From NCBI GenBank assembly GCA_938030705.1, contig CALHIR010000002.1, forward strand, positions 2,515-66,514: a stretch of DNA of 64,000 nucleotides. Direction: 5' to 3'. Source of the stretch: Candidatus Poseidoniaceae archaeon (GTDB taxonomy: Archaea; Thermoplasmatota; Poseidoniia; Poseidoniales; Poseidoniaceae). The position numbers were made by a program, and so were the translations under genes. Shown piece after piece: positions 21,580-30,644 of the stretch; the stretch's first letter is position 1; each line of letters opens with the position of its first letter. Below the pieces are notes generated by a model. That model was not told the DNA's origin. It was given only the letters and a program-made list of their open reading frames with translations, and did no database searches.

Positions 21580-21933
21580 ATGGTGGACTCGGTAGAAATC
21601 GGACGCGTTACCCTTCGAGACACGGTGTCAGTGGACCTTTCCGTCTGGATGCACCACCCCGATGATTGGGACTTCCGCCCGACCCTGAGCTATGCGGGCA
21701 ACACCCTCACCATCACCTGCGCGAACGAGGGCACGACCCTCGCTACCGTTGACCTTGATGACGAGCAGGACGAAGCTCTTCAGCGAGACCGAATGGCCGA
21801 ATTACGGGTCAAATTCCAAGTGCACGGCATGCACGGTCGCCTGAACGACATTCACCCCATCATCGCTGATGGGAAAGCCAAGAAGTTGGCAACGGCAAAC
21901 TGGAAGACGACGCAACCGGTCGAATTCAAGTGA
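21580..21933 (+). CDS. Hypothetical protein
   Basis: Clean ORF with host codon usage that fills the gap between neighbours; no recognised motif. Confidence 0.65.
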   Translation: MVDSVEIGRVTLRDTVSVDLSVWMHHPDDWDFRPTLSYAGNTLTITCANEGTTLATVDLDDEQDEALQRDRMAELRVKFQVHGMHGRLNDIHPIIADGKAKKLATANWKTTQPVEFK

Positions 21934-21979
21934 AGTCCCAGCGAATCTTTGATAATGGTTCAATCCGTTTTCTTGGTTC

Positions 21980-22249
21980 ATGCCTCATCGGACAGGAAAA
22001 GGGAGCCAAAAACGAGCACGATTTGAACGACTTGCTGAAGAGGTTCGTCGTTTTGTATTCGCCAATCCGGGTTGTTCAGCACAAGCCATCGTCGCGAACC
22101 TCAACCACGATAAAAAAATGCGAAATCACGGCCTTACACCCCGCAAAGTCGGGTTCTTCATCACCCGCCACCTCTGCCATTCTTTGACGTGGTGGCAAGA
22201 CCACCGTGCTGGTCGACGCGTCTACGGCCCTTCGGGCGACGAGTCCTGA
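21980..22249 (+). CDS. Small basic putative winged-helix DNA-binding protein
   Basis: VRRFVFANPGCSAQAIVANL...LTPRKVGFFI...RRVY fits helix-turn-helix plus wing; TTGATA 31 nt upstream. Confidence 0.65.
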   Translation: MPHRTGKGSQKRARFERLAEEVRRFVFANPGCSAQAIVANLNHDKKMRNHGLTPRKVGFFITRHLCHSLTWWQDHRAGRRVYGPSGDES

Positions 22250-22312
22250 AATCACTCCCCCAGCCTCGTCGTAGGCGGTTCGCTCATGTAGGGTCGGCAA
22301 CCTCGCCGACGC

Positions 22313-22978
22313 ATGGGGCACGAGGTTGCAGCGTATTTCGACCTCGACGGAACGCTTCTCAACGCGTCGAGCGAGAAAACCCTGACCGCCTACCTCGCTC
22401 GCCGCCGACCCTGGCGCATCCCATGGGGGACCATCGCGTGGACCACCGGCTTCATCACCAACATGGTTCGGGGCCGAGCCGTCTACGATGCAGCACGAAA
22501 CAGAGGGCACCTCTCGCTCGCCTCATGGCAGGTGCTCGAGCGGTATTCTCGCCACCTTGCACGTGAGAAACTGGAGGCTTTTATCCCTCCACAAGCGTGG
22601 GAAAAATTGGCTTGGCACCGTGAACAAGGCCATCGTTTGGTGCTGGTGACAGCGACGGTAGCGCCCATGGCCGAAGCGATGGCCGAGGTGCTCGGCATGG
22701 ACGCCGTATACGGCTGTGGCCCAGCGGTTCGTGAAGGTATTCTTTCAGGATCTGAACGGGGTTGGAGCGTGCCTCGACGCAAAGGCAAGGTCCCCGTCGT
22801 GAAGCAGGATGCCGAACAAAACGGCCACGACTTAGCAACATGCTACGGCTACGGCAACACGCTTGCAGATTCTTGGTTCATGGCCTTATGCGGCCATTCC
22901 ATCGCCGTCAGTCCCGAAGGGCCACTTCGTCGCCATGCTGAAGCCAATGGCTGGCAAATCGTTGACTGGACTTCATGA
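22313..22978 (+). CDS. HAD-IB family phosphatase (SerB-like)
   Basis: Motif I FDLDGTL, motif II LVTAT, conserved K (KGK), motif IV YGNTLAD. Confidence 0.9.
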   Translation: MGHEVAAYFDLDGTLLNASSEKTLTAYLARRRPWRIPWGTIAWTTGFITNMVRGRAVYDAARNRGHLSLASWQVLERYSRHLAREKLEAFIPPQAWEKLAWHREQGHRLVLVTATVAPMAEAMAEVLGMDAVYGCGPAVREGILSGSERGWSVPRRKGKVPVVKQDAEQNGHDLATCYGYGNTLADSWFMALCGHSIAVSPEGPLRRHAEANGWQIVDWTS

Positions 22979-23008
22979 GTTCATATACACTCATCCGTCA
23001 AGGCTAGC

Positions 23009-24007
23009 ATGAGCGAAGTGTTTGACGGGTTAGCAGCATTGTTTGGAGATAATTTTCGAGAAGAGACCGTGCAGGAACGCCGTCGCGATGACATGCTGGA
23101 TTCCATGTTGAACATCGCCAACGCTGCCAAGGTCGCCGCCAACCTGGTCAATGATATCGTCGAAGAACACGAAGACAGGATGCAAATTGACGATGAAGAC
23201 CACCTCATCATCGTTGGTCGGCTGGCCATCTATCGGGTCGACGTGAAATCCTTCATGGGGAAATTTGTGAATCCGTTCAGCTACAATTCCTTTGACGTGG
23301 TGGAGGTACATCCTAAATCAGGCTTGGTCAAGGAGCCAAAGACCGCTTGCGTTCAAGTTCTCCACCAAGAGAACATGCCAGCCTACGACCTGTTTGCTGG
23401 GTATCTCCTCGGCTTGCTTAACGACGAAGTCTCCTGGCTCCATGAGAGTTTAAGCCCACTTCGTCGCACCCTGTTTCACATCTATGGGCTTGCTCGCTCT
23501 CCTCTCTCTCCCAGCATGGAGCAACACTTTGCCAACACCGTGGGCGGTGGGTTTGATTTCACCAACGACACCTTCACCTTTGAAGGAACCAACGGATGGT
23601 CTTGGCGAATTCACTACGGCTTACCTCTGAACAAGGGGTACCGCATTGAATACCAAAAGCCACGACAAACTTGGTGGAACCTTCTGTTTGATGACCATGA
23701 TAAAGAAACCACAGGCCATTACGTGATGTGTGGCTTTTTCGAAATCGTTGAGCACCTCAACGAAGCTCCCGGTGGCCTGAAGGGCGCCAACGACTGGCAA
23801 ACCGACCCCATCCTTCTGCGAAAGATTGCTGCCGATTACCCCCCTCTTGCCAAATCTTTGGTGGATAAAATCACCAGCCCAGATTACGATGCTGAAGAAA
23901 TTTACACCGACTTCGAGGAACCCATTGAAGGCGAGAAGGCTGACATCATCAAGTCCCTCGACCTTCAAGTGCTTGAGACAGCAGGCATAGCCCTCGCTCA
24001 CGCTTGA
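23009..24007 (+). CDS. Hypothetical protein sharing a module with 43211..45568
   Basis: 332-aa ORF; HLIIVGRLAIYRVDV...ACVQV...MPAYD...LLGLLND; TTCATA 29 nt upstream. Confidence 0.8.
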   Translation: MSEVFDGLAALFGDNFREETVQERRRDDMLDSMLNIANAAKVAANLVNDIVEEHEDRMQIDDEDHLIIVGRLAIYRVDVKSFMGKFVNPFSYNSFDVVEVHPKSGLVKEPKTACVQVLHQENMPAYDLFAGYLLGLLNDEVSWLHESLSPLRRTLFHIYGLARSPLSPSMEQHFANTVGGGFDFTNDTFTFEGTNGWSWRIHYGLPLNKGYRIEYQKPRQTWWNLLFDDHDKETTGHYVMCGFFEIVEHLNEAPGGLKGANDWQTDPILLRKIAADYPPLAKSLVDKITSPDYDAEEIYTDFEEPIEGEKADIIKSLDLQVLETAGIALAHA

Positions 24008-24017
24008 GTGATTCAAC

Positions 24018-24094
24018 TGGCGGCCCCACCGCGATTCGAACACGGGTTCGAGGCTCCGCAAGCCTCTGTGATATCCAAGCTACACTATAGGGCC
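24018..24094 (-). tRNA. tRNA-Arg(GCG), CCA encoded
   Basis: Reverse complement GGCCCTATAGTGTAGCTTGGATATCACAGAGGCTTGCGGAGCCTCGAACCCGTGTTCGAATCGCGGTGGGGCCGCCA: acceptor GGCCCTA/TGGGGCC, anticodon arm GAGGC-TT GCG GA-GCCTC, T loop TTCGAAT; TTAAAT promoter about 29 nt upstream on the minus strand. Confidence 0.96.
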
Positions 24095-24187
24095 ATTTCG
24101 CCCGAATGGCCGCCCCCATTTAAGCGCGAGGGTGGGTCCTTTGGCCCCGAGGCAAGGGTTCATTGGCGACGCCTCAGTCCTTCCTCC

Positions 24188-24601
24188 ATGGCGGTTGAAA
24201 TTCAACGAGCGGTTGAGTTCTCGATGATCGACATGGCCAATGTGGCCTACTACCCCCGAATCTTCGATCTCGCTCACAAGGTGTTTGAGGAAGCATGGCT
24301 TCCGATGTGTGGCGTTTCATACCCCACGCTGATCAACGAACGAAGGGTTGGCTTTCCAGTGGTTTCCTTGACCTCAACGTTTCATGCCCCCCTTCGGTAC
24401 GGGGACACCATCACGGCATCCGTGGGCATCACCTCGATTGGCACCACATCATTGGGGTGGAAGTACGAGTTTCGAAACCCATCAGGCGAGACCCTGTGGG
24501 TCTCGGAGCAAGCAACGGTTTGTGTGAACATGGATACGATGGAAAAGCAACCCATCCCTGACGATTTACGGACTGGCTTAACGCAGCATTTGGAGGATTG
24601 A
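24188..24601 (+). CDS. Hotdog-fold acyl-CoA thioesterase (4-HBT/YbgC family)
   Basis: IDMANVAYYPRIF, FHAPLRYGD, IGTTSL, PIPDDLR. Start moved to ATG 24188 because the upstream part of the track ORF is the antisense of tRNA-Arg. Confidence 0.9.
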   Translation: MAVEIQRAVEFSMIDMANVAYYPRIFDLAHKVFEEAWLPMCGVSYPTLINERRVGFPVVSLTSTFHAPLRYGDTITASVGITSIGTTSLGWKYEFRNPSGETLWVSEQATVCVNMDTMEKQPIPDDLRTGLTQHLED

Positions 24602-24605
24602 ACCC

Positions 24606-25184
24606 ATGGCAAACAACTCCTTGAACGATGTCAAACCCGACCGTACAGGCCCGAAAAACCTCGCCATCCTTCTCTTTCTCGGGTCCCTCCTCGTTTTGGT
24701 CTACGGTTATGCAGACCTCCAAGCTCACCGGTTTGGACTGAACGAAGCTCAAGTGGATACGTTGTTGGCGACGCCCAATGCACAGGGCGGCGAACCCACG
24801 ACGGTTGAGGACTACCGCGCGTTTGAGGAAGAAGCTCGGTCAAACCATGCTTTCCTTATCAGAGCCGTTTCCTTGTTGGTTTCCGGTGGGCTGTTACTCG
24901 TCGGGGCCGTTCTGCTTCATCGCTTGCGTCGGTTGGGAGCCTACCTCTGTACGGGCGGGGCGCTCATCGGATTGTTTGGAGGCGTTGGTGCCAGTTTCAT
25001 GGTTCGCTCCTCAGCACGAACCCATCTGCAAGATGCAGTGGTGACCACCTACGAGGCTTGGGTCTACATCTGCGGTGCCATGATGGGACTCTGCTTGGCT
25101 GTGGCGGCCTTGCCGTTGCTCAATCTTCGCGCCAGCATGGCCCTTCAACCCGTTCGCATGGTTGTGAACGATGAGTCAGAGTGA
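24606..25184 (+). CDS. Four-TM membrane protein
   Basis: Four hydrophobic segments; coupled to the thioesterase by a 4-nt gap. Confidence 0.75.
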   Translation: MANNSLNDVKPDRTGPKNLAILLFLGSLLVLVYGYADLQAHRFGLNEAQVDTLLATPNAQGGEPTTVEDYRAFEEEARSNHAFLIRAVSLLVSGGLLLVGAVLLHRLRRLGAYLCTGGALIGLFGGVGASFMVRSSARTHLQDAVVTTYEAWVYICGAMMGLCLAVAALPLLNLRASMALQPVRMVVNDESE

Positions 25185-25631
25185 TCATTCAGATGGGCGT
25201 GGCCACTTTTTGGCAAGAGCCTTTCTCAAGTCCTCATCCATGATGGCGTTCCACCAATCGCTGCCCTGCCAAATGGCGTACTTGCCGCGAATACCCCGGA
25301 GGTCTGCCCCTTCAAATTGACAGTTTTTGAAATTAGAGAGGTTGAGCCGGGCTTTGCGAAGGTCGGCCCCCCGAAAGTCCGAGTGGTCAAAAGCAGATTT
25401 CATCAAATCCGCTTCCACCATGGAGGCACGCCGAAAATCACACGACGTGAAATCTCCCTCGGTAAGGTCCGCCCGGTCAAAGATGGTCCGTCGAAAATTC
25501 GAGCCGCTGTGCCGGCCTTTTCGAAGAATGGATTCGGTGTGATTCTGAAATGAATAGTCCACAATCACGGCCTCTTCCGCCGTGGTTTCGTCGTCTCGAG
25601 GGTCGCCTTGTCCACCGCCCGACATCACCAT
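25185..25631 (-). CDS. Pentapeptide repeat protein
   Basis: Tandem [A/S/C]-[D/N]-[L/F]-x-x units: SNFRR TIFDR ADLTE GDFTS CDFRR ASMVE ADLMK SAFDH SDFRG ADLRK ARLNL SNFKN CQFEG ADLRG; SD GAGGTGA. Confidence 0.93.
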   Translation of the reverse strand: MVMSGGGQGDPRDDETTAEEAVIVDYSFQNHTESILRKGRHSGSNFRRTIFDRADLTEGDFTSCDFRRASMVEADLMKSAFDHSDFRGADLRKARLNLSNFKNCQFEGADLRGIRGKYAIWQGSDWWNAIMDEDLRKALAKKWPRPSE

Positions 25632-25640
25632 GCGTTCACC

Positions 25641-26144
25641 TCAAGCGTTGGAGCGCTTGTCGAGGTGTGCTTGGCCTTCGGGTGTAAGGATTGCGAATCG
25701 GTTTTTATCGTCCTTTCCAGAGGGTACCATGAGGAAATTCCGTTCCTTCAACCGGTTGAGGTACAACGAAAGGTTTCCCGGCGGGTCAATGCCAGCATCA
25801 GTGAACAACTCGTTCACGATGCGAGGGGGGCTGTCTTCAACCCCTTCGACGTTGCGCAAGTAGTGAATAGCGCCGAGGACTTGGTCGGGTTTTCTCGTGA
25901 GCGCACAATTTTCGAGCAAGGCACGGAAGGCTGAACCGCGTTCAGGAAGGCCAGCGTTACGGGCAGCGACGACGGCCGCTTCAAGGGCGTACTCCCGGGC
26001 TTCACGAATGCGCTCGAGCAAGACCGTCCACGTGTGTTCGGCTTTGACATGCGTCAACTGCTCGTCAATTTGTATCGCTGCGCCTTCCAGGTCAATTTCT
26101 ACATCGCCTGCTTGAATGGTGAGTCTCAATATCCACGCCCTCAA
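25641..26144 (-). CDS. Hypothetical protein with C-terminal winged-helix-like domain
   Basis: VLGAIHYL...VNELFTDAG...NLSLYLNRLKERNFL...AILTPEGQAHL matches a wHTH ending in LTxxG. TTG start uncertain. Confidence 0.7.
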   Translation of the reverse strand: MRAWILRLTIQAGDVEIDLEGAAIQIDEQLTHVKAEHTWTVLLERIREAREYALEAAVVAARNAGLPERGSAFRALLENCALTRKPDQVLGAIHYLRNVEGVEDSPPRIVNELFTDAGIDPPGNLSLYLNRLKERNFLMVPSGKDDKNRFAILTPEGQAHLDKRSNA

Positions 26145-26273
26145 AATTTACTCAACTCTATTCATTCATAACATTATGTTGGAAAAAAAAATACATTTTT
26201 ACACGAATTTAGGGGTTCACAAAGGCGAAACCGCCTTAATAGTGTGGGGAGCACCTCAACATGAGGCCTCTCG

Positions 26274-29200
26274 ATGATACGTCGCCATTTCCTTGGTTTG
26301 CTCTTTGTTTTCCTCTTCCTCGCTCCAGCATGGTCGGTCATGTTTGCTCAAGCCGGTGGAGGAAACATCACCACGTTTTCAACAGGAAATGCCGAGGAAA
26401 CCGTGGTTATCACCTCCGGACAGCATGCCACCATCGGCTTTACCGTCAACCGAAACACGACGATCACCTCATCCCTTTTCACAATCAAACCGACCACCGG
26501 GTCGTCTCCAGGGGCCGTGGATATTGACGCCAATGCCGACGGTGTCCCCGAATGGTCGTTCAACAGCACCGGCTACGGAGGTTTTGGTCATCAGACGGTG
26601 TTTACAACGGATAACACCTCAACATCGATTTCAATCAACCCCAACCAAGGCGCCGTGACGAACCCCGATTCGCCTCCGTTCTACCTGCCTTCTGGGGCCA
26701 CCGTTTCCAGTTCAACCCTCGAGATAGGCTTCTCTCCATCCCTCATTGGAGGGTTCTATTCAACGGGCTACATTCATGCTGTTGACAAGGGTGACTTTGA
26801 CAACGACAGCAAGGTCGATTTCGCTTTGCTGTCGAGAACCGCCAACGTCTCATCAAACGCCACCACCCCGCAAGGTACGGTTGCCGCGTTTCGCATTGCG
26901 TCCCACGACAACGCTACCGGGGTTACGCTGTCGTCATGGGTGCCAACCTGCACCAACGCCACGCGCATCATCGCCGCTGACGTCAACGGCGATTATTTCG
27001 ACGATGTGGTGGGCTACGCTCCGGCAGACGACCAACTTTGTATTCATTTCACCAACACCACCAGCGGCGGTTTTGAGCCACAGGTGAACGTGACACACGC
27101 CTCGTCAATCATCGACTTGGCGTTCGGTGACTTCACGGGGAACGGTTTGGATGAAATGATTTCCATTCAATCCAACGGCAAGGTCTCCATTGACGAGTTC
27201 AGCAACCGCTCAAACACCTTTTCCAACCGCGATGACACTACGGTCTACAACTCGGGCTCGACAAGCCCGGCGACCTTAACCCACATGTTGTTCGCCCATT
27301 TTGACGGCCCCCAGAACCTTCCCGCGCTGATCGCCTGCCAAGCCAATGGCGACGCAACCATCATGTTGTGGGCCACCAACACCAACACCATCGCTTCAGG
27401 AAACACCCTCTCCGGCGTCTCTTCGGACGCCGTGGTCGGCGACTTTGACGGCGATCAAGATTTGGACATCGTGGCCTCCACGGCCAACGGTCATCGTTCA
27501 TTTGAGAACAATGGCGCCACAGGGTGGAGCGCCGATAGCCACACCCGCCTCCTCACACTGACCAACGCCACCATCCTCGACTATGACTTGGACATTGCTG
27601 CGCACTTGTTGGTCCCGAATGTTGGTACCAACGACGGCAACCCCGCCACTTTCACCGGCAACATCTCGGCCTACGGTTTCCAAAACGGGAACAACTACGA
27701 TAACCGAGTTCGCGGCCAGACCAGTGAAGTCTTGGTGCCATGGACGTCGCCTCGTGCCATTCACTTTGGCGACATGGACGGCGATGGCTCCATCGAACAA
27801 CTCATTCTTGCAGGCGAAGGCAGTCAACACGGCGTCTTCATCTCAGCCTACCATCGCGTGGGCTACGACATGGACAAGGACGGCTCGGTTGATATTGAAG
27901 CCGGAGGTTATGCCGGTAACGGCACCAATGGACTGCCACCGCTTCTGCTCCAGGACACCACGGGGAACTTCACCACCACGCTGAACCTCCTCTCCCAGGG
28001 TCTGCCTTCCACTCCAGATGGATATGGTATCAACATGGTCTCGGTGAACCTCTCGATGTTTTCCATCACACAAGGGACCTTCACCTACGACAACTTGGAT
28101 GTCCGTTATGTCGCAGATTTTGAGGTAAAAGTCAATCCTTCGGTTTCCGGAAACTTGAGCAACGTCATCAACCAGCAGATGACGGCCGGTTCAGGCACGC
28201 TTCACATTCCACTGCATTTCAACACGACCACAGACGGCAGCGTGGTGGTGTCCAGCCCCGAATTGGCCTACGTCGACGGCGCTCCAAACATTGCCTTGCC
28301 CCCCACACCCGTGCTCTCTATCGTCGATTTGCAGCCCGACCGCGTCCTCATAGAGTGGCAACCCATCACCGAGTTCGGTGATGATTTACTCGACTTTGCA
28401 GTCTACCGTTCGGTCAAAGGCCAAGCATTGGACCTGCAAAATGCTCATGCCAACACCATTTCCAACAGCATCATTGATGTCGCTGTTCAACCCGGTCAGT
28501 CGTGGACCTATTGGGTGCAGAGCGTCCATAGTTTCGGCGTAACCAGTAACATTTCCTCACCCTTGAGCATCACCGTGCCGTATCCTACGCCGGAATCCTT
28601 CCTTCCCAACCTCACGGCAGTGGACGTACCCGATGACGAGGGAGGCGCCATGAACATCTCTTGGAGCCCGGGGAATGAATCCATTGTTGAACACCATGTG
28701 TTTGTTTTCTCATCGGATTTCAACGACGTGAGCGGTCGAACCACGGCCATCACCGCAGGGGCCAATGCCACCTCCGTTGAGATCACGAGTGACAGCTCGG
28801 GGACACAACTTGTTGACGGTTCGCCGTACTACGTCGCCGCCATCGGCGTGGACATGTACGGCAACGCCTCAACCAACGTCACGGCCATTGGACCCATTTA
28901 CACCCGCAACGATACGGGCTTGCCCACGACCTTGGACGTAACCTACACCGACTTCACGGAGAACGAACTGGCCGAAACCGTCCTTCTTGCCAGAACACGA
29001 GGACTTGCGATTGAGGCGCACCTCCACCAAGCAGGCGAGGCCATTGCCAACGCAACACTGACCCTCACCATCACCGACGATGATGATGCCTTAACGCTGA
29101 ACATGACCACCGACGAGCGAGGGGAAGCATCCCTCACCATCGATGCACTGTCGAGCCTTGGGCCAATTGAAGCCGTAGGGGCGATGTCCCTTGTCGTGAA

Positions 29201-30590
29201 TTATGCCGGTAGCGAGGGGGATGAACAAAACCAACCCTTGCTGGGTAGCCAAGACAGCCAAGATGCCTACGGGACAGTGATGATCACCATCACGCCCGAT
29301 GAACCTCTCCCGTTGCAATCTGACGAACGATTTGAGACCCTGTTGATGGTGGACGCCGATGATGCGACGCAAAACGCTTACCTCGCCAACTTAGCGGTCT
29401 CTTGGAGCGCCGCCGATGCAGGAGGGAACCAAACCAGCAACGGAACGGCTGAGGCCCGAGGGAATGAACTCTCAGTCGTTGGTTTGGGGGCGTACGACGG
29501 GCGTTTGACCGTCCGATTGAACACCGACCCCCCGGTCTTTTACATTCCAGGCATGACGGCTTCGTACGCTTTCGAATCATCTCCTGAACCCAGCGAAAAC
29601 GAAACCAACACCAACAACGAGACCAACCAGACCACCGGTCCGACCTTCCCCGATGTTACCCTGAAAGCCACCGTGGATTGCGGAACAGCCACGTACGAAT
29701 GGGACAGCAACGCTACGGATGTTCTCATCACCTGCACCGTCACCAACCCAAACCCCTTCGACGTGATGGTTGGGTTCGCATGGAAGGTCGTCCCGGGCAC
29801 GCCACCCGCTATTGAACTGGTGCACAACGAAGCAGATGGCGATACACCATCCCTCACGGCAGAGGCCAACGGTACGGTTGACCTTACGTTCTCATTGGTT
29901 CGAAACGGCCCAACAGAAGGCATGTTCCCAGGCCTGCAGGGTGAAGGCTACATTGTCTCCCTCACCTGTCTTGACGTCGGCGACAACGCCTGTGATACCA
30001 TGACAGAGCCGACGGCATCTACTGAGGGAGAACTCCAGTGGACGCTTGGTGAGATGCCCGTCCAAATCGTGGATAACAATCCGGTTGAAGACGGAGCCGA
30101 GGGGGCCATGACGCCCGTTCTCGTGGGCATTGGTATCGTCATTGCGCTCATTGCCGGCGTGGTTGGCGTACTCTTCATGCGAAACAACATGGACGACGAT
30201 TTCTTTGACGACGACGATGAAGAAGACTACTACGAGGAAGCCATCAACGCTCCAGCATCGGTGCCGGGGTCGAAGTCCGTTGACTTGGGTACTTCCAAAT
30301 CGCTTGATGAGTTGAAGAGTTCAGGAAAAGCCCTCCACACCGCTGCTCCCGAAGGCCTTGCCAACTCGCCAACTCTCGGCAGCAGCGCCGACGCCTTTGA
30401 GTTCGGAGCCACCGCCGAGGACGCCATCCAAGAAGTGGAAGAGAGCGAGGAAGAATGGGCTGAGGAAGAAGCATCGGCCGAAGACGGCATCACCATCGAT
30501 GAAGAAGGCACCGAGTGGTGGGAAGACGAAGAAGGCGTCTGGTGGTACCGCGAAGAGGGCTGGGACGACTGGGCCGTTTGGGAAGAATGA
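26274..30590 (+). CDS. Large surface protein: FG-GAP/VCBS repeats, fibronectin type III domains, TM, acidic Trp-rich cytoplasmic tail
   Basis: Signal peptide; GDFDNDSKVD, ADVNGDYFDD, GDFTGNGLDE, GDFDGDQDLD, GDMDGDGSIE; FN3 features (IEWQP...YWVQSV; ISWSP...YYVAAIGVDMYGN); TM VLVGIGIVIALIAGVVGVLF; tail WWEDEEGVWWYR. Confidence 0.88.
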   Translation: MIRRHFLGLLFVFLFLAPAWSVMFAQAGGGNITTFSTGNAEETVVITSGQHATIGFTVNRNTTITSSLFTIKPTTGSSPGAVDIDANADGVPEWSFNSTGYGGFGHQTVFTTDNTSTSISINPNQGAVTNPDSPPFYLPSGATVSSSTLEIGFSPSLIGGFYSTGYIHAVDKGDFDNDSKVDFALLSRTANVSSNATTPQGTVAAFRIASHDNATGVTLSSWVPTCTNATRIIAADVNGDYFDDVVGYAPADDQLCIHFTNTTSGGFEPQVNVTHASSIIDLAFGDFTGNGLDEMISIQSNGKVSIDEFSNRSNTFSNRDDTTVYNSGSTSPATLTHMLFAHFDGPQNLPALIACQANGDATIMLWATNTNTIASGNTLSGVSSDAVVGDFDGDQDLDIVASTANGHRSFENNGATGWSADSHTRLLTLTNATILDYDLDIAAHLLVPNVGTNDGNPATFTGNISAYGFQNGNNYDNRVRGQTSEVLVPWTSPRAIHFGDMDGDGSIEQLILAGEGSQHGVFISAYHRVGYDMDKDGSVDIEAGGYAGNGTNGLPPLLLQDTTGNFTTTLNLLSQGLPSTPDGYGINMVSVNLSMFSITQGTFTYDNLDVRYVADFEVKVNPSVSGNLSNVINQQMTAGSGTLHIPLHFNTTTDGSVVVSSPELAYVDGAPNIALPPTPVLSIVDLQPDRVLIEWQPITEFGDDLLDFAVYRSVKGQALDLQNAHANTISNSIIDVAVQPGQSWTYWVQSVHSFGVTSNISSPLSITVPYPTPESFLPNLTAVDVPDDEGGAMNISWSPGNESIVEHHVFVFSSDFNDVSGRTTAITAGANATSVEITSDSSGTQLVDGSPYYVAAIGVDMYGNASTNVTAIGPIYTRNDTGLPTTLDVTYTDFTENELAETVLLARTRGLAIEAHLHQAGEAIANATLTLTITDDDDALTLNMTTDERGEASLTIDALSSLGPIEAVGAMSLVVNYAGSEGDEQNQPLLGSQDSQDAYGTVMITITPDEPLPLQSDERFETLLMVDADDATQNAYLANLAVSWSAADAGGNQTSNGTAEARGNELSVVGLGAYDGRLTVRLNTDPPVFYIPGMTASYAFESSPEPSENETNTNNETNQTTGPTFPDVTLKATVDCGTATYEWDSNATDVLITCTVTNPNPFDVMVGFAWKVVPGTPPAIELVHNEADGDTPSLTAEANGTVDLTFSLVRNGPTEGMFPGLQGEGYIVSLTCLDVGDNACDTMTEPTASTEGELQWTLGEMPVQIVDNNPVEDGAEGAMTPVLVGIGIVIALIAGVVGVLFMRNNMDDDFFDDDDEEDYYEEAINAPASVPGSKSVDLGTSKSLDELKSSGKALHTAAPEGLANSPTLGSSADAFEFGATAEDAIQEVEESEEEWAEEEASAEDGITIDEEGTEWWEDEEGVWWYREEGWDDWAVWEE

Positions 30591-30644
30591 TATTTCCGTG
30601 AGCCTTTTGATTGGGCCTTGACTGGGAGAGACGGAGGGACGAAA

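Noticed and set aside
24008-24187. 60-aa N-terminal extension of the thioesterase in the ORF track
   Set aside because: It is the antisense of tRNA-Arg and its promoter; the real start is ATG 24188.
26222-26237. Hairpin AAGGCG-AAAC-CGCCTT as a terminator
   Set aside because: It lies between divergent genes with no U-tract and overlaps the BRE/TATA position of the downstream gene; a 6-bp stem can arise by chance.
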